NCBI RefSeq assembly: GCF_037042905.1
Contig: NC_087245.1
Coordinates: forward strand, 24,802,001 to 24,866,000
DNA length: 64,000 bases
Direction of reading: 5' to 3'
Source of the DNA: Lytechinus pictus
Taxonomy: Eukaryota
This document shows, piece by piece, positions 1 to 12,200 of the stretch (position 1 is its first letter; the number at the start of each line of letters is the position of its first letter). Position numbers and translations under genes: made by a program. The notes below the pieces were generated by a model, which saw only the letters and a program-made list of their open reading frames with translations, was not told where the DNA came from and ran no database searches.

Positions 1-290
1 TTCTATTTCGAGCTCTCCTTTTCGGTCCTTTAGTTTCGCTTTTATTTCTTTCTCTCCCCCCCCCCTCTCTCTCTCTCTCTCTCTTTCTTTTTTCCCTCTT
101 TCTTTCTTTTTTTCTTTCTCTCTTCATTCTTTCTCCCTTACTTTTTTTATTCATATTCTTTTATTTATGGTCACTGTATTCTTATTACCTAATTTCCTTT
201 CTCTTTTCTATTTTCCTTTATCATGAGTATGTTCTCTTCATTTTCCTTACTTTTTCTACTTTTTTCCCTTCTCTTCCACCTTTTTGATGG
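1..290. repeat. Pyrimidine-rich low-complexity tract with (CT)n
   Basis: Poly-C, (CT)n and T-runs. Confidence 0.85.
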
Positions 291-454
291 GTGCCAAGCC
301 CCCTGCACTTCCGTGTCGGCCCATGATGCAGCACCGTTAGATGAGGTTTCATAAAACTGTTCGTATACATATGAATTATGAAGGGTGAAAGGCCAAAAAA
401 AAATCCTAACACTACACAAACTATTACACTGTACATGAATTTAATGGTTTATTT

Positions 455-1538
455 CAGTCAGACCGCAGGTCCCTATGCTAATGAGCAAAAAGGCCAGATT
501 CATCCAAATCATCTCGTGGCTGAATCCTCCTCCTTGCAAAATCTCGTGATTCGTGAGATTTTCTTTCTCTAAGAATTTACCTGTTTTAACCTCAAGTTAA
601 ATGAAATATTATTGCACCATCAGATAGAGTAAATGTTACTCTTTCATATTGGTCATTTATTTTGTATACAATATTTTGTTAAATAAGTAAATTTCTGGCC
701 TGAAAATGTGCCTCAAAACTGAATTGTTTTCCTCTGTTTTCTTTTGCAAATTGTGCAAAACTTTTTATTTTGAGCCTCAATGATATCTATATCACCATAA
801 AGCTGAACATCTGTACTTTCTCACAATGCCACTCTTGATATGCAGCACCTTTTAATCGGGTCAAGATCACACTTTTCCCACCAAGGTACAAGACGAGATT
901 TCTGAAATTTTGTACTTGCATGAAATCCAGAGTTCTGATTGGCTGGATAAGGTTCACAGAACAACAGGCGCGGGGTATTTGAGGAGATTACCACATGGGA
1001 AGTGTGACCTTCCCATGAACCCAGGCACTGGAACCGTTGGAATTTGCCAATGGGTGGTCTCTTTGACCAATCAGTGTGCAGCATTCTTGTTTTCAAGCTG
1101 CTTTATGTACTTGGCAAATGAAAAATGTGATCTTGACCCGATTAAACCAGTTCTTATTTTGAAACCTATATCATTTTAAAGCATACATATTCAGCTTTAT
1201 CATGATTTAAAAATCATTTGGGCTCAAACAAAAATAAAGTGTAAAAATAGCAGCTTTTGTCAGGTGAAAATAATTATTTTGTAGCATATTTTAGATCAAA
1301 ATTTTAACCTATATTACAAAATCTTTGAATGAATTCAAACACATGACCTGAAAGAATGATTCTTCTTCTTTACAATGATACCAAAGTTATTAAATTCGAT
1401 GCACAATTAGAGCAGCAATGACCGAATGAAAAGAGGTGTTTTGGTCCGCATCAAGCTCATTAAATATGCAAAACATCTCAAGTCATGAATATCACTTGGA
1501 TGAAAGAAGCCACTTTCTTGGGACCTGCCGACTGACTG
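455..1538. mobile_element. Non-autonomous hAT-like DNA transposon (MITE)
   Basis: 19-bp TIRs CAGTCAGACCGCAGGTCCC / GGGACCTGCCGACTGACTG (2 mismatches); 8-bp flanks GTTTATTT / ATTTATTT (1 mismatch). Confidence 0.8.
856..1141. mobile_element. Palindromic MITE nested in the 455-1538 element
   Basis: TIRs TCGGGTCAAGATCACACTTTTC / GAAAAATGTGATCTTGACCCGA flanked by TTAA on both sides; internal mirrored motifs CTGATTGG / CCAATCAG. Confidence 0.75.
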
Positions 1539-2039
1539 ATTTATTTAGACTGGTACTATCAAGATAGACATCTGTCAAATGAAACTTTTTTTGCGATGGG
1601 AAATCACACAAGATTCGTTCGTGAGGTCGTGTTAAGACTTTACGAATCATCATGTATCATATCCTTTTTGCAGTGGAGGACGTGGCGATTTCTTTACTCA
1701 GAAGAAAAGGCAAGCAACCAGTGGACCGAAGGCCTAAGTTACTCTCTAATGCTGTTGTAGATGTTCACCCTGATGAAGAATTGGTTGAAACAAAAGAGAA
1801 AAATACAACAAAACGTTAGCAAAGTTTCAATTAAAAATCAAAGAAATAACAGTTATGATTTTTTGTAACAATAGTGGGTCTAATTTTATATTCATCGAAC
1901 AAAATAAAATCGCTTTCAAAATTTTGAGAAAGTTGCATTATTTTTTTCATATCACACCGACGTATGGACATGACGGAGGAGCCTGCTCGTTTGTGAAGTC
2001 ACAAAATCTAAAACTTCAAAATCCATGGCTCCGTTATTG

Positions 2040-2490
2040 GAAACGGGAGATGGATAGGAAAGGGAAAGAGAAAAGAGAAAGAAAAGGGAAAGTGAGGAAG
2101 GAAGGTATAGGAAGGGAAAAGAGAGAAAAAAGAGACAGAATAGAAGGGAGAGAGCAAAGATTGAAAAAAGGAAACAAAAGGGAAATTGCGAGGGGGAAGG
2201 TAGAGGAACCGAAAGAAAAAGATGAGCAAAAATGAAAGGATGGAGTCATAGATACAAAAAGGGGAATAGAGAAAGGGAAGCAAACAAGGGATACGGAGAG
2301 CGAAAAAAAGGAAGGAAATAAGAGAATAAACGAGACGGTAGTCAAGGGAAAGGGGAGGGGAAAGAAGAGGAAGGGAAAAGGAGAAAATGAGAGAAGCACA
2401 TGGAAAGGGATGCAGATAAAATGGAAGGAAGGAGAGCGAAAGAGAGGAAAACGGAGAAGGGGGAAGAAAAACGGGAGCAAGACAAGTTAA
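2040..2490. repeat. Purine-rich (GA) low-complexity tract
   Basis: Almost only G and A; explains the K/R/E-rich and F/L/S/P-rich spurious ORFs here. Confidence 0.9.
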
Positions 2491-3364
2491 AAAGGCCCAT
2501 CCCCGCTCCTGCATGGGCTAACTGTAGTTTTTTTGGGGGGGTTATAATTTTTTTTTTAATCACTCATCTTATTTCCACAACTTTTTTTTTCTCACAAAGT
2601 AGAAAAACAGAATGTGAAAGGATCTTGCCTGGATATCGAGCCCCCCCCCCCCCCCCCCCGCAAGGGTAAAAGAGGAAATGAAGAGAGAGAGAAAGAGAGC
2701 GTTTCGGAACAGCATTGCATCCGAACTCCATGAAAAACAAAAATAACGAAGATGGAAGAAAAGAATGGAGAAGTACGGGACTAATTTCTGAAATATCAGT
2801 TATTTTTTTACAAAATAAATCTATAGAGTCTATAAGCCCTGGCCGCAGCTTGTACCAAATAAAATAGATTAGGAAGCGAAATTAAAAGATATAGGGGGAC
2901 CTGGAACTGCAGCTGAAAGGGCCTCAAATTTGTGGAACAAAGAAAAAGAAACACCATGAGAGAAATGGATATTAATCAATTCATGTTAATTGCTGCTTTA
3001 GTGGTGCAAGGGCATTACATTTTGTGCAACATCTTTACATCTTGTTCTGCTGGCTAATTATTCGTTTTGGATCTTTTTGATTGTGTGTAGAACTATTTTC
3101 AAAAAGTGTGGGCAAATTTTAAAAGATAAGTTCAAATGTTTCGGCAAAGTTTCCTGCCAATTGCATTTGTGATGCCCTTGCACTTCAACAGGGTCACCGC
3201 GTGAAGGTAGCAGCATGACCCCGGGTTAGTAGAACAGAAAGGTGATAAACTAAAATAAATAAAAGAGAATCATGTAATGTAAATATGGTTAGTAAAAAGC
3301 CCCTAATGAATGGAAGATGGATAAATGATAAATAGAACATGAAAATATTTAACAAATTTCACGA

Positions 3365-3540
3365 ACAGGCATAGACATACATATACACATGTAGGCACAA
3401 ACATACACAAGTAGGCACAAACATACATATACACAAGTAGGCACAAACATACATATACACAAGTAAGCACAAACATACATAATTTATACGCAAGTAGGCA
3501 CAAACATACCTATACAAAAGTAGACACAAATAGACATATA
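3365..3540. repeat. Minisatellite, ~20-30-bp unit
   Basis: About 6 copies of AAGTAGGCACAAACATAC(ATATAC)AC. Confidence 0.85.
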
Positions 3541-3559
3541 AAGACAGAAAAAAAAAGAT

Positions 3560-6500
3560 GAACAAGTTTCATCATATGTTAGCAAGATTACACTAAGATC
3601 TGAAATGGTTGCCTTATAGGTAAATAAGAATCATTAAGGGGAAATAAACACACATAATTATAAAAACATACTTCATTCTATATGAACAATGGAAGATTAC
3701 CAATAAAACCCGAAATAAGAATTATTGATAAGGGGAATAAAGACATATAAAAACATTTCATTCTGTTAGCAATCCAATACAGCTGGGAAGATGGAAAAAA
3801 TTGAAGTGGCTACCTGACATGCCCGAGGTAAATAAGATAAAGGTAAATAATTATGTTACCAATACAGCTGGAAGATCGCCAATACAAATCCGTAGTTCCT
3901 ACCTTAGGTAAATAAAAAGCATTATTAAAGGTAATATAATCATATGAAAACATATTTCATTTTGTTAGAGATTTTCAGCTAGAAGACTTCCTATAAAATC
4001 CGAAGTGGCTATACCTTAGGAAAACAATCATTATAAGGGGATAAAACATGAAAACATATTTTATTCTGTTAGCAATACGTATTGCTTTACTTTGGTAATA
4101 AGAAGCAATAAGGGTGATAAAAACATATGAATAGATATTTTATTCTGTTAAAAATACCAATAAATTGTGAAATAATTTTCCTGGATATTTAAGCATAGTA
4201 ATGAAAGATGAATACATATTTCATTTAGTGAAGAATACAGCAAGTTGCTCCTTAGGTAAATAAGAATTATTAAGGGGAGTGAAACATATGAAATTACAAT
4301 TTATTTAATTCTGTTGGCAATACATCAGTATTGGTTACCTGAGGTAATAAAAATCATTAAGGGGGATAAAACAATAAAAATATATGAAAACTTATTTTAT
4401 TCTTATATCAATACTGCTGGAAGATAACCAGTAAAATCACAAGAATCATTATACTAAGGGGAAAAAACATATAAAAACATATTCCAGCATTCTGTTGGCA
4501 ATACATCTGCATGGAACCTTACATAAAATACAAAGTGATTGCCTTAGGTAAATAAAAACCATTTACGGGAATTAAAGCATAAAAAGGATAACGGGGAATA
4601 AAAACATATGAAAACATTTTTCTTTCTGTTCGCAATGCACTACAGCTGGAAGAATGCCAACGAAATCCGAATTGGCTACCTTATAAGGATCATTAACGGG
4701 AATGAAACATAATGAATACATGTTTAATTATGTGACCAGTTTTCAGCATGGGATAACCAATAAAATTTGAAGTGGCTACCTCAGGAAACAAATAATCACT
4801 TTCAATGATAAAATATGAAAACATATTTCATTTTGTTAGCAATACAGGAGGAAGATGAAAATACATAATTCAATTCTGTTAGCAGTACATCAGTATTGGT
4901 TACCTTAGGTAATTAGAAACATTAAGGGGGATAAAAACATATGAAAACAAATTCATTCTGTTAGCAGTACGGCTGAAAGATGAAAATACATAATTCAATT
5001 CTGTTAGCAGTACATCAGTATTGGTTACCTTAAGTAATTAGAAACATTAAGGGGGATAAAAACATATGAAAACATATTTTATTCTGTTATCAATACAGCT
5101 GGAAGATTAACAGTAAGATCACAAGAATCATTATTTAGGGGAATAAAACATACGATAACATATTCAATTCTGTTGGCAATACAACAGCATGGAACCTTAC
5201 AAAGTGGTTGCCTTGGGTATATAAGAACCATTTAGTTTAGCATTCAGCATAAAAAGGATAACGGGGAATAAAAACATATGAAAACATTTTTCATTATGTT
5301 AGCAATGCAGCGTGAAGAATGCCAACGAAATCCGACTTGGCTACCTTAAGTAAATAAGGATCATTAACGGGAATGAAACATAATGAATACATGTTTAATT
5401 CTGTGACCAGTTTTCAGCATGGGATAACGAATAAAATTTGAAGTGGCTACCTCAGGAAACAAATAATCACTATCAATGATAAAATATGAAAACATATTTC
5501 ATTCTGTTAGCAATACGGCTGGAATATAAAAATACATATTTCAATTATGTTAGCAGTACATCAGTATTGGTTACCTTTAGTAATTAGAAACATTAAGGGT
5601 GATAAAAACATATATGAAAACAAATGTTATTCTGTTATCAATACAGCTGAAAGATTACCAGTAAGAGTCATTAATAAGGGGAATAAAACATAATTTCATA
5701 TTCCATTCTGTTGGCAATACAACAGTACTGCATGGAACATTACATAAACTACAAAGTGATTGCCTTAGGTACATAAGAACCATTTAGGGGAATTAAAGCA
5801 TAAAAAGGATAACGGGGAATAAAAACATTTTTTCATTCTGTTAGCAATGCAGCTGGAAGAATGCCAACGAAATCCGAATTGGCTACCTTAGGTAAATAAG
5901 AATCATTATTAACGGGAATGAAACATAATTAAAAGATATTGAATTATGTTACCAATTTTCAGGATAACCAATAAAATTTGAAGTTGCTAACCTAAGAAAC
6001 AAATAATAACTATTAATGATAAAACATGAAAAACATATTTCATTCTGTTAGCAATACATCAGTCATTGGTAACCTTAGGTAATAAGAATCATTAAGGGGA
6101 TAAAAACAAAAACATATTTCATTATGTTAGCAATACGGCTGAAGATGAAAATGCATAATCCTGTTCTTTTAGCAATACATCAGTATTGGTTACCTTAGAT
6201 AATAAGTATAATTAAGGGGGATAAAAAGATATATGAAAACATATTTTATTCTGTTATCAATACAGCTGGAAGATTACCAGTAAGAATCATTAATAAGGGG
6301 AATAAAACATATGAAAACATATTTCATTTTGTTGACAATACAACTAGAAAATTATAAAATACAAAGTGGTTACCTTAGGTAAACAAGAAGCATTAAAGGG
6401 GAATATAAATATATGAAAACATATTTCATTCTGTTAGCAATTCACTTGGAAGATGGAAACAAATCTGAAGTGGCTACCTAAGGTAAAAAATTATTATTAT

Positions 6501-7600
6501 AAAAGGAAATAATCTTTTAGCAGTACAGATCGCCAATAAATATCTGAAGTGGCTACCTTAGATAAATAAGAATCATTATTAAGGAGAGTAAAAAAAAAAC
6601 GATAACATTTTATTCTGTTAACATCACCCGCACGAAGAATGCCAACAAAACTCCAAGCGGCTACCTTAGGTACACAAGAATCAACATTAAGAGGAATCAA
6701 AACACATAGAAAAATATCAATTCTTTTAGCAGTACCAGCTGGGAAGATTACGAATAAATCCGAAATGGCTACCTTGGGTAAATAAGATCAAAACATATGT
6801 AATCATATTTCATTCTGTTAACACAACTGAAAGAATACGGATAATTTCTGATGTGGCTCCTTAGGTGGATAAAAACATGAAAACATAATTTATGTCATTT
6901 CTGTTAGCAAGACGGCTGCAAGGTCACCAAACAAAATTTCAATTGGCTCCGTTAGATAAATAAGAATCATTATTAGGCGTAATAAAAACACATGAAAATG
7001 TTTTATTCTGTTAGCATCGCATGCAGGAAGCATGCCAACAAAATTCCATCTATAGCTATACCTTAGGTAAAGAATACTAGTAATCATTATTTAGATGAAC
7101 AAAAAACATGTGAAAACGTATTTCATTCTGTTTGAAATACAGCAATTTTTAACTGATTCCTACCAATCAGATAAATCTCTTTAAGCATGTTAAGAATACA
7201 GCTGGAAGAGTGACAATATAAAAAATCTGAATTGGCTACCTTTGATGAATAACAATCAGTAAAAAGAATAACACATAAAAATATTTTATTCTGTAAGCAT
7301 CATGGCTTGAAGAATACCAATAAAAATCCGAAGTGGCTACCTTAGAAGAATAATTATTAAAAGGAATAAAAGCATATGAAAACATATTCCATTATGTTAG
7401 CAATACAGCTTGAATATTACAAATAAAATCCGAACTGGCTACCTTAAGAATCCTCATTAAGGCAATGAAAACATTTCATTCTATTATAAACACGGCTTGA
7501 ATATCACCAATAATATACGAAGTAAGATTAAAGGCACTAAAAAGCACATGAAAACATATATTACTCTCATGCAGCAATAAAGCTGGAAGATTACCCTAAG
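3560..7600. repeat. Satellite array A, degenerate ~60-105-bp unit with higher-order repeats
   Basis: Recurring ATTCTGTTAGCAATACAGCTGGAAGATTACCAATAAAATCCGAAGTGGCTACCTTAGGTAAATAAGAATCATTAAGGGGAATAAAACATATGAAAACATATTTC; a multi-monomer block recurs near 4510, 5190 and 5730; older copies extend to ~8640. Confidence 0.9.
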
Positions 7601-9254
7601 GAGATGGCCACATTCAGAGTCTTTATATTACCAGGGTCAATGAGAGGCCGCCTATATCAACTGAATTAGTTTGCCTTGTTAAAAAATTGAATTGAATTAA
7701 ACTTCCTACCAAAATAATCACTGCCAGTATGGTCAGGTACATTGACATGAAACAGTACATCATAAAAACATTTGAAAATTGGAGGGGAAAAATGAAGAGT
7801 CATTAGAGCGCATCCTGTCGGAAAAGAGAAAAATACATCATAAGTTATGGGAAACGAGAATACACATACTTACAAAGTAATTACAATTTCAATTCAGGTA
7901 AATATTAAAAAGAAAATTTGAAAGTGACTTTCTTTTCTGTATCATCTACGCTGATTTTATTATTCTAAATGAAAGATGAGAAGTAAAACAAATATGTTAG
8001 CAGGTTCGCTGAAAGAACACCAGCAAAAAAAAAGGGAAGAAAAGTCGATCAGTGATTAGAAAAGGAATAAACATGTAAGCTGGGCCCGGAGGAGCGCCAA
8101 TAGAAGCCAGAGTTGCTCCCCCAGATTAAAAAAAAACCTCCTCATAAAAAAACAGCCTGAAAAGAGAAATAAAAATACATTTGTATGAAGAAACAGACAT
8201 GTACTAGAATTGCATAGTTAACAAAAGCTTATGTATTTCAATAAATAATATTGCATGTCCTGTAGGCATATATTTAAAAAATGTGACTATTGTTTTTTGT
8301 AACAGCTACTCTAGATTTGAGAATGGAAGAAAGGAATAAATGCAGATATGTTAGTAAGGGCTGCCGAATACCGCCAATAAAAGCTGAAGTGGCTACCCTA
8401 AAAAATAAGAATCATATTTATGGGTATTAAACACACTTTAACAGAGCTGCAGGAAGAACACAAATAAAACCAAAATGGCACCCTGGGTAAACAAGACATG
8501 ACATTAATAGCATACATTTTAATTGATGTCCAGTAAGTCCGGCCGTGGGTAGGGTTAATTAAAGTCGCTAGCAAACGGGAAAATCAAGATTTCAACATTC
8601 AACACTGCCAATAAATGCTGATGTTACCCTGTGCAGACAAAATTTATTATCAATGTTATGAGCATGATTCATAATTATCCAGCGTGAAAACAAGAAGTGA
8701 GGGGATTCGGAGAGAAAATGAAATTGAAATGATCCAGGAAATGTATCCTGTGCATCAATGTCTCCCTTGGTCTTGGACGCCATCGTAACTTTGTTTTCAC
8801 CAGAGCTTTCCTGAATATAAATGATAGTTATGATACTGTTAAGATTACATAATATAAATAATTTAGAAATATCAAATTTTAGGCATTTAAATTCCAATTG
8901 GCCTGATCAAAGATTAAGTTGACTTTCCTTTTATTTAACAGCACATATGGGATACACATTTAATAACAAGTATACAACTGTAAATGTACGTTCTCGTTAA
9001 AATTCGATATCTCTTAGAACTCATTCCATTTTGCGGAATCTTTGAAGATTGTACTTTCTATGTAATTCCTTCTTTCTTTCCTTCTCATAGTACAAAGGAG
9101 ATAATTGAAGTGAATAATAGAATTATGTATTTTATAAAATTATAGGTTTATGGCTTGTGATTAATGTCGGAGCAAGATGGCAGATCATTTGAAAATTACC
9201 TACCTTGTTTCTTACCTTTGTATGCATTACAGAGGGTAAACATAATCGGCAGAA

Positions 9255-12200
9255 ATGTTGGATGAAAGGGCGACATGTTGGATGGAAGGTGACTTGTTGG
9301 AAGGGCGACATTTTGGATGAAAGGCGACTTATTGCTACATGATGAAAGGGTGACATATTGTATACGGAAGGTGGCTTATCTCTGTATGATAAAAGGGCGA
9401 CATTTGGATGAAAGACGACTTCTTGGATAGAAGGCGATCTGTTTCTGTACGATGGAGGGCGAAATTTTGGATGAAAGGCGACTAGCTGCTGTATGATGAA
9501 AGGGAAACACGTTGGATAGAAGGCGACTTGCTTCTGTATGGTGAAATGACGACATTCTGGATGAAAGGCGACTAGTTGCTGTATGATGAAAGGCGTCTTG
9601 TTTCAGATGAAAGGGCGACGTGTTGTTGCATAACGATGAAAGGGTTTCATGAAAGGTGACTTGTTGCATGATAAGGCGGCTTGCTTCTGTATGATGAAAG
9701 GGTGAAAGGGCGACATGTTGGATGGAAGGCAACTTTTTTTTCTGTATGGCGAAAGGGCGACATTTTGGATGAAAGGCGAGTTGGTGTAGAATGATGAAAG
9801 GCTGACATATTGTACAAAAGGTGGCTTGTTGCTGTTTGATGAAAGGGCGACATGTTGGTTGAAAGGGCGACTTGTTGGATGAAATGGTGATATTTTGGAT
9901 GAAAGAGTGGCATTGCGGATGAAAGGGCGACATCTTCGATGAAAGGCGACTTGTTGTATGATGAAAGGGTAACATTAGGGTTAAAAGGGCGACATCTTCG
10001 ATGAAAGGCATCTTGTTGCTGTATGATGAAAGACGTCTTCTTTCAGATGAGAGGGCAACATGTTGCAGTATGATAAAAGGGCGACTTGTTGCATTATATA
10101 AGGCGTCTTGTTGCTGTATCATGATGAAAGGGTGACATGTTGGATGAAAGGCGACTTGTTGCTGTATGATGAAAGACGTCTTGTTTCAGATAAAAGGGAA
10201 ACATGTTGCCGTATGATGAAAGGGCGACTTGTTGTATTATAAGGCGTCTTGTTGTATGGTGAAAGGGTGACATGTTGGATGAAAGGCGACTTCTTGCGGT
10301 ATGAAAGGGCGATATTTTTGATAAAAGGCGGCTTGTTGCTGTACGATGAAAGGGCGACATGCTGTCTGAAAGGCGACTTATTTCACTATAATACGGCGGC
10401 TTGTTGCTGTCTGATGAAAGGGCGACATTTTGGATGAACGGCGGGTTGTTGCTGTACGATGAAAGGGCGACATGTTGTATGAAAGGCGACTTATTGCATA
10501 ATAAGGCGGCTTGTTGCTGTATGATGAAAGGTGACTCGTTGTACTATGATGAAAGGGCGCTATTTTGGCTGAAAGGTGACTTTTTCCTGTAAGATGAAAG
10601 GGCGACATTTTGGATGAAACGCGACTAATCCTGTATGATGAAAGGGCGACATTTTGGATGAAACGCGACTAATCCTGTATGATGAAATGCGTCTTGTTTC
10701 AGATGAAAGGGCGACATGTTGCAGTATGATGAAAGGGCGAAGTGTCGTTGCATAATGATGAAAGAGTCTCATGACAGTTGACTTGTTGCATGATAAGGCG
10801 GCTTCCTTCTGTATGATGAAAGGATGAAAGACAACTGTTTGTAGCATGATGAAACGGTTATATATTGTACAAAAGGTGGCTTGTTCCTATGCGATGAAAG
10901 CGCGACACTTTGGATGAAAGGCGACTTGTTTCTGTATGATGAAAGGACAACATTTTGGATGAAATGCTACTAGTTGCAGTATGATGAAAGGGCGACATTT
11001 TGGATGAAAAACGACTTGTATGATGAAAAGGTGACATATTGTACGAAACGTGGCTTGTTGCTGTATGATGAAATGCGTCTTGTTGTTGTATGATGGAAGG
11101 GCGACATGCTGAAATATGATGAAAGGGTGACGTGTTACTGTATAATGATGAAAAGGTCCATGTCGTACGAAAGGCGACTTTTTCCTGTATGATGAAAGGG
11201 CGACATTTTGGATGAAAGGCGACTATTCCTGTATGATGAAATGCGTCTTGTTTCAGATGAAAGGGCGACATGTTGCAGTATGATGAAAGGGCGACGTGTC
11301 GTTGCATAATGATGAAAGAGTCTCATGACAGTTGACTTGTTGCATGATAAGGCGGCTTGCTTCTGTATGATGAAAGGATGAAAGACGACTGTTTGTAGCA
11401 TGATGAAACGGTTATATATTGTACAAAAGGTGGCTTGTTCCTATGCGATGAAAGGGCGACATGTTGGATGGAAGGCGACTTTTTTCTGTATATATTGTAC
11501 AAAAAGTGGCTTGTTGCTGTATGATGAAAGGGCGACATTTTGGTTGAAAGGGCGACTTGTTGGATGAAATGGTGACATTTTGGATGAAAGGGTGAGATTT
11601 TGGAAGAAAGGGTGGCATTGTGGATGAAAGGGCGACTTGTTGCATTATAAGGCGTCGTGTTGCTGTATGATGAAAGGGTGACATGTTGGATGAAAGGCGG
11701 CTTGTTGTATTATGAAAGGGTAACATTATGATTAAAAGAGCGACTTGTTGGATGGAAGGCGTCTTGTTGCTGTATGATGAAAGACGTCTTGTTTCAGATG
11801 AAAGGGCAACATGTTGCAGTATGGTGAAAGGGCGACTTGTTGCATTATAGGGCGACTTGTTGCATTATAAGGCGTCTTGTTGCTGTCTGATGAAAGGGTG
11901 ACATGTTGGATGAAAGGCGACTTGTTGTGGTATGAAAGGGCGATATTTTTTATGAAAGGCGGCTTGTTGCTGAGTGATCAAAGGGCGACATTTTGGATGA
12001 AATGAGACTTGTTGCTGTACGATGAAAGGGCGACATGTATGAAAGGCGACTTATTGCATAATAAGGCGGCTTGATCCTGTATGATGAAAGGTGACTTATT
12101 GTAATATGATGAAAGGACAGCATTTTTCAGTATGATGAAAGGGCGACATTTTGGATGAAAAACGACTTGTGTGTGATATTCTACGAAATGTGGCTTGTTG

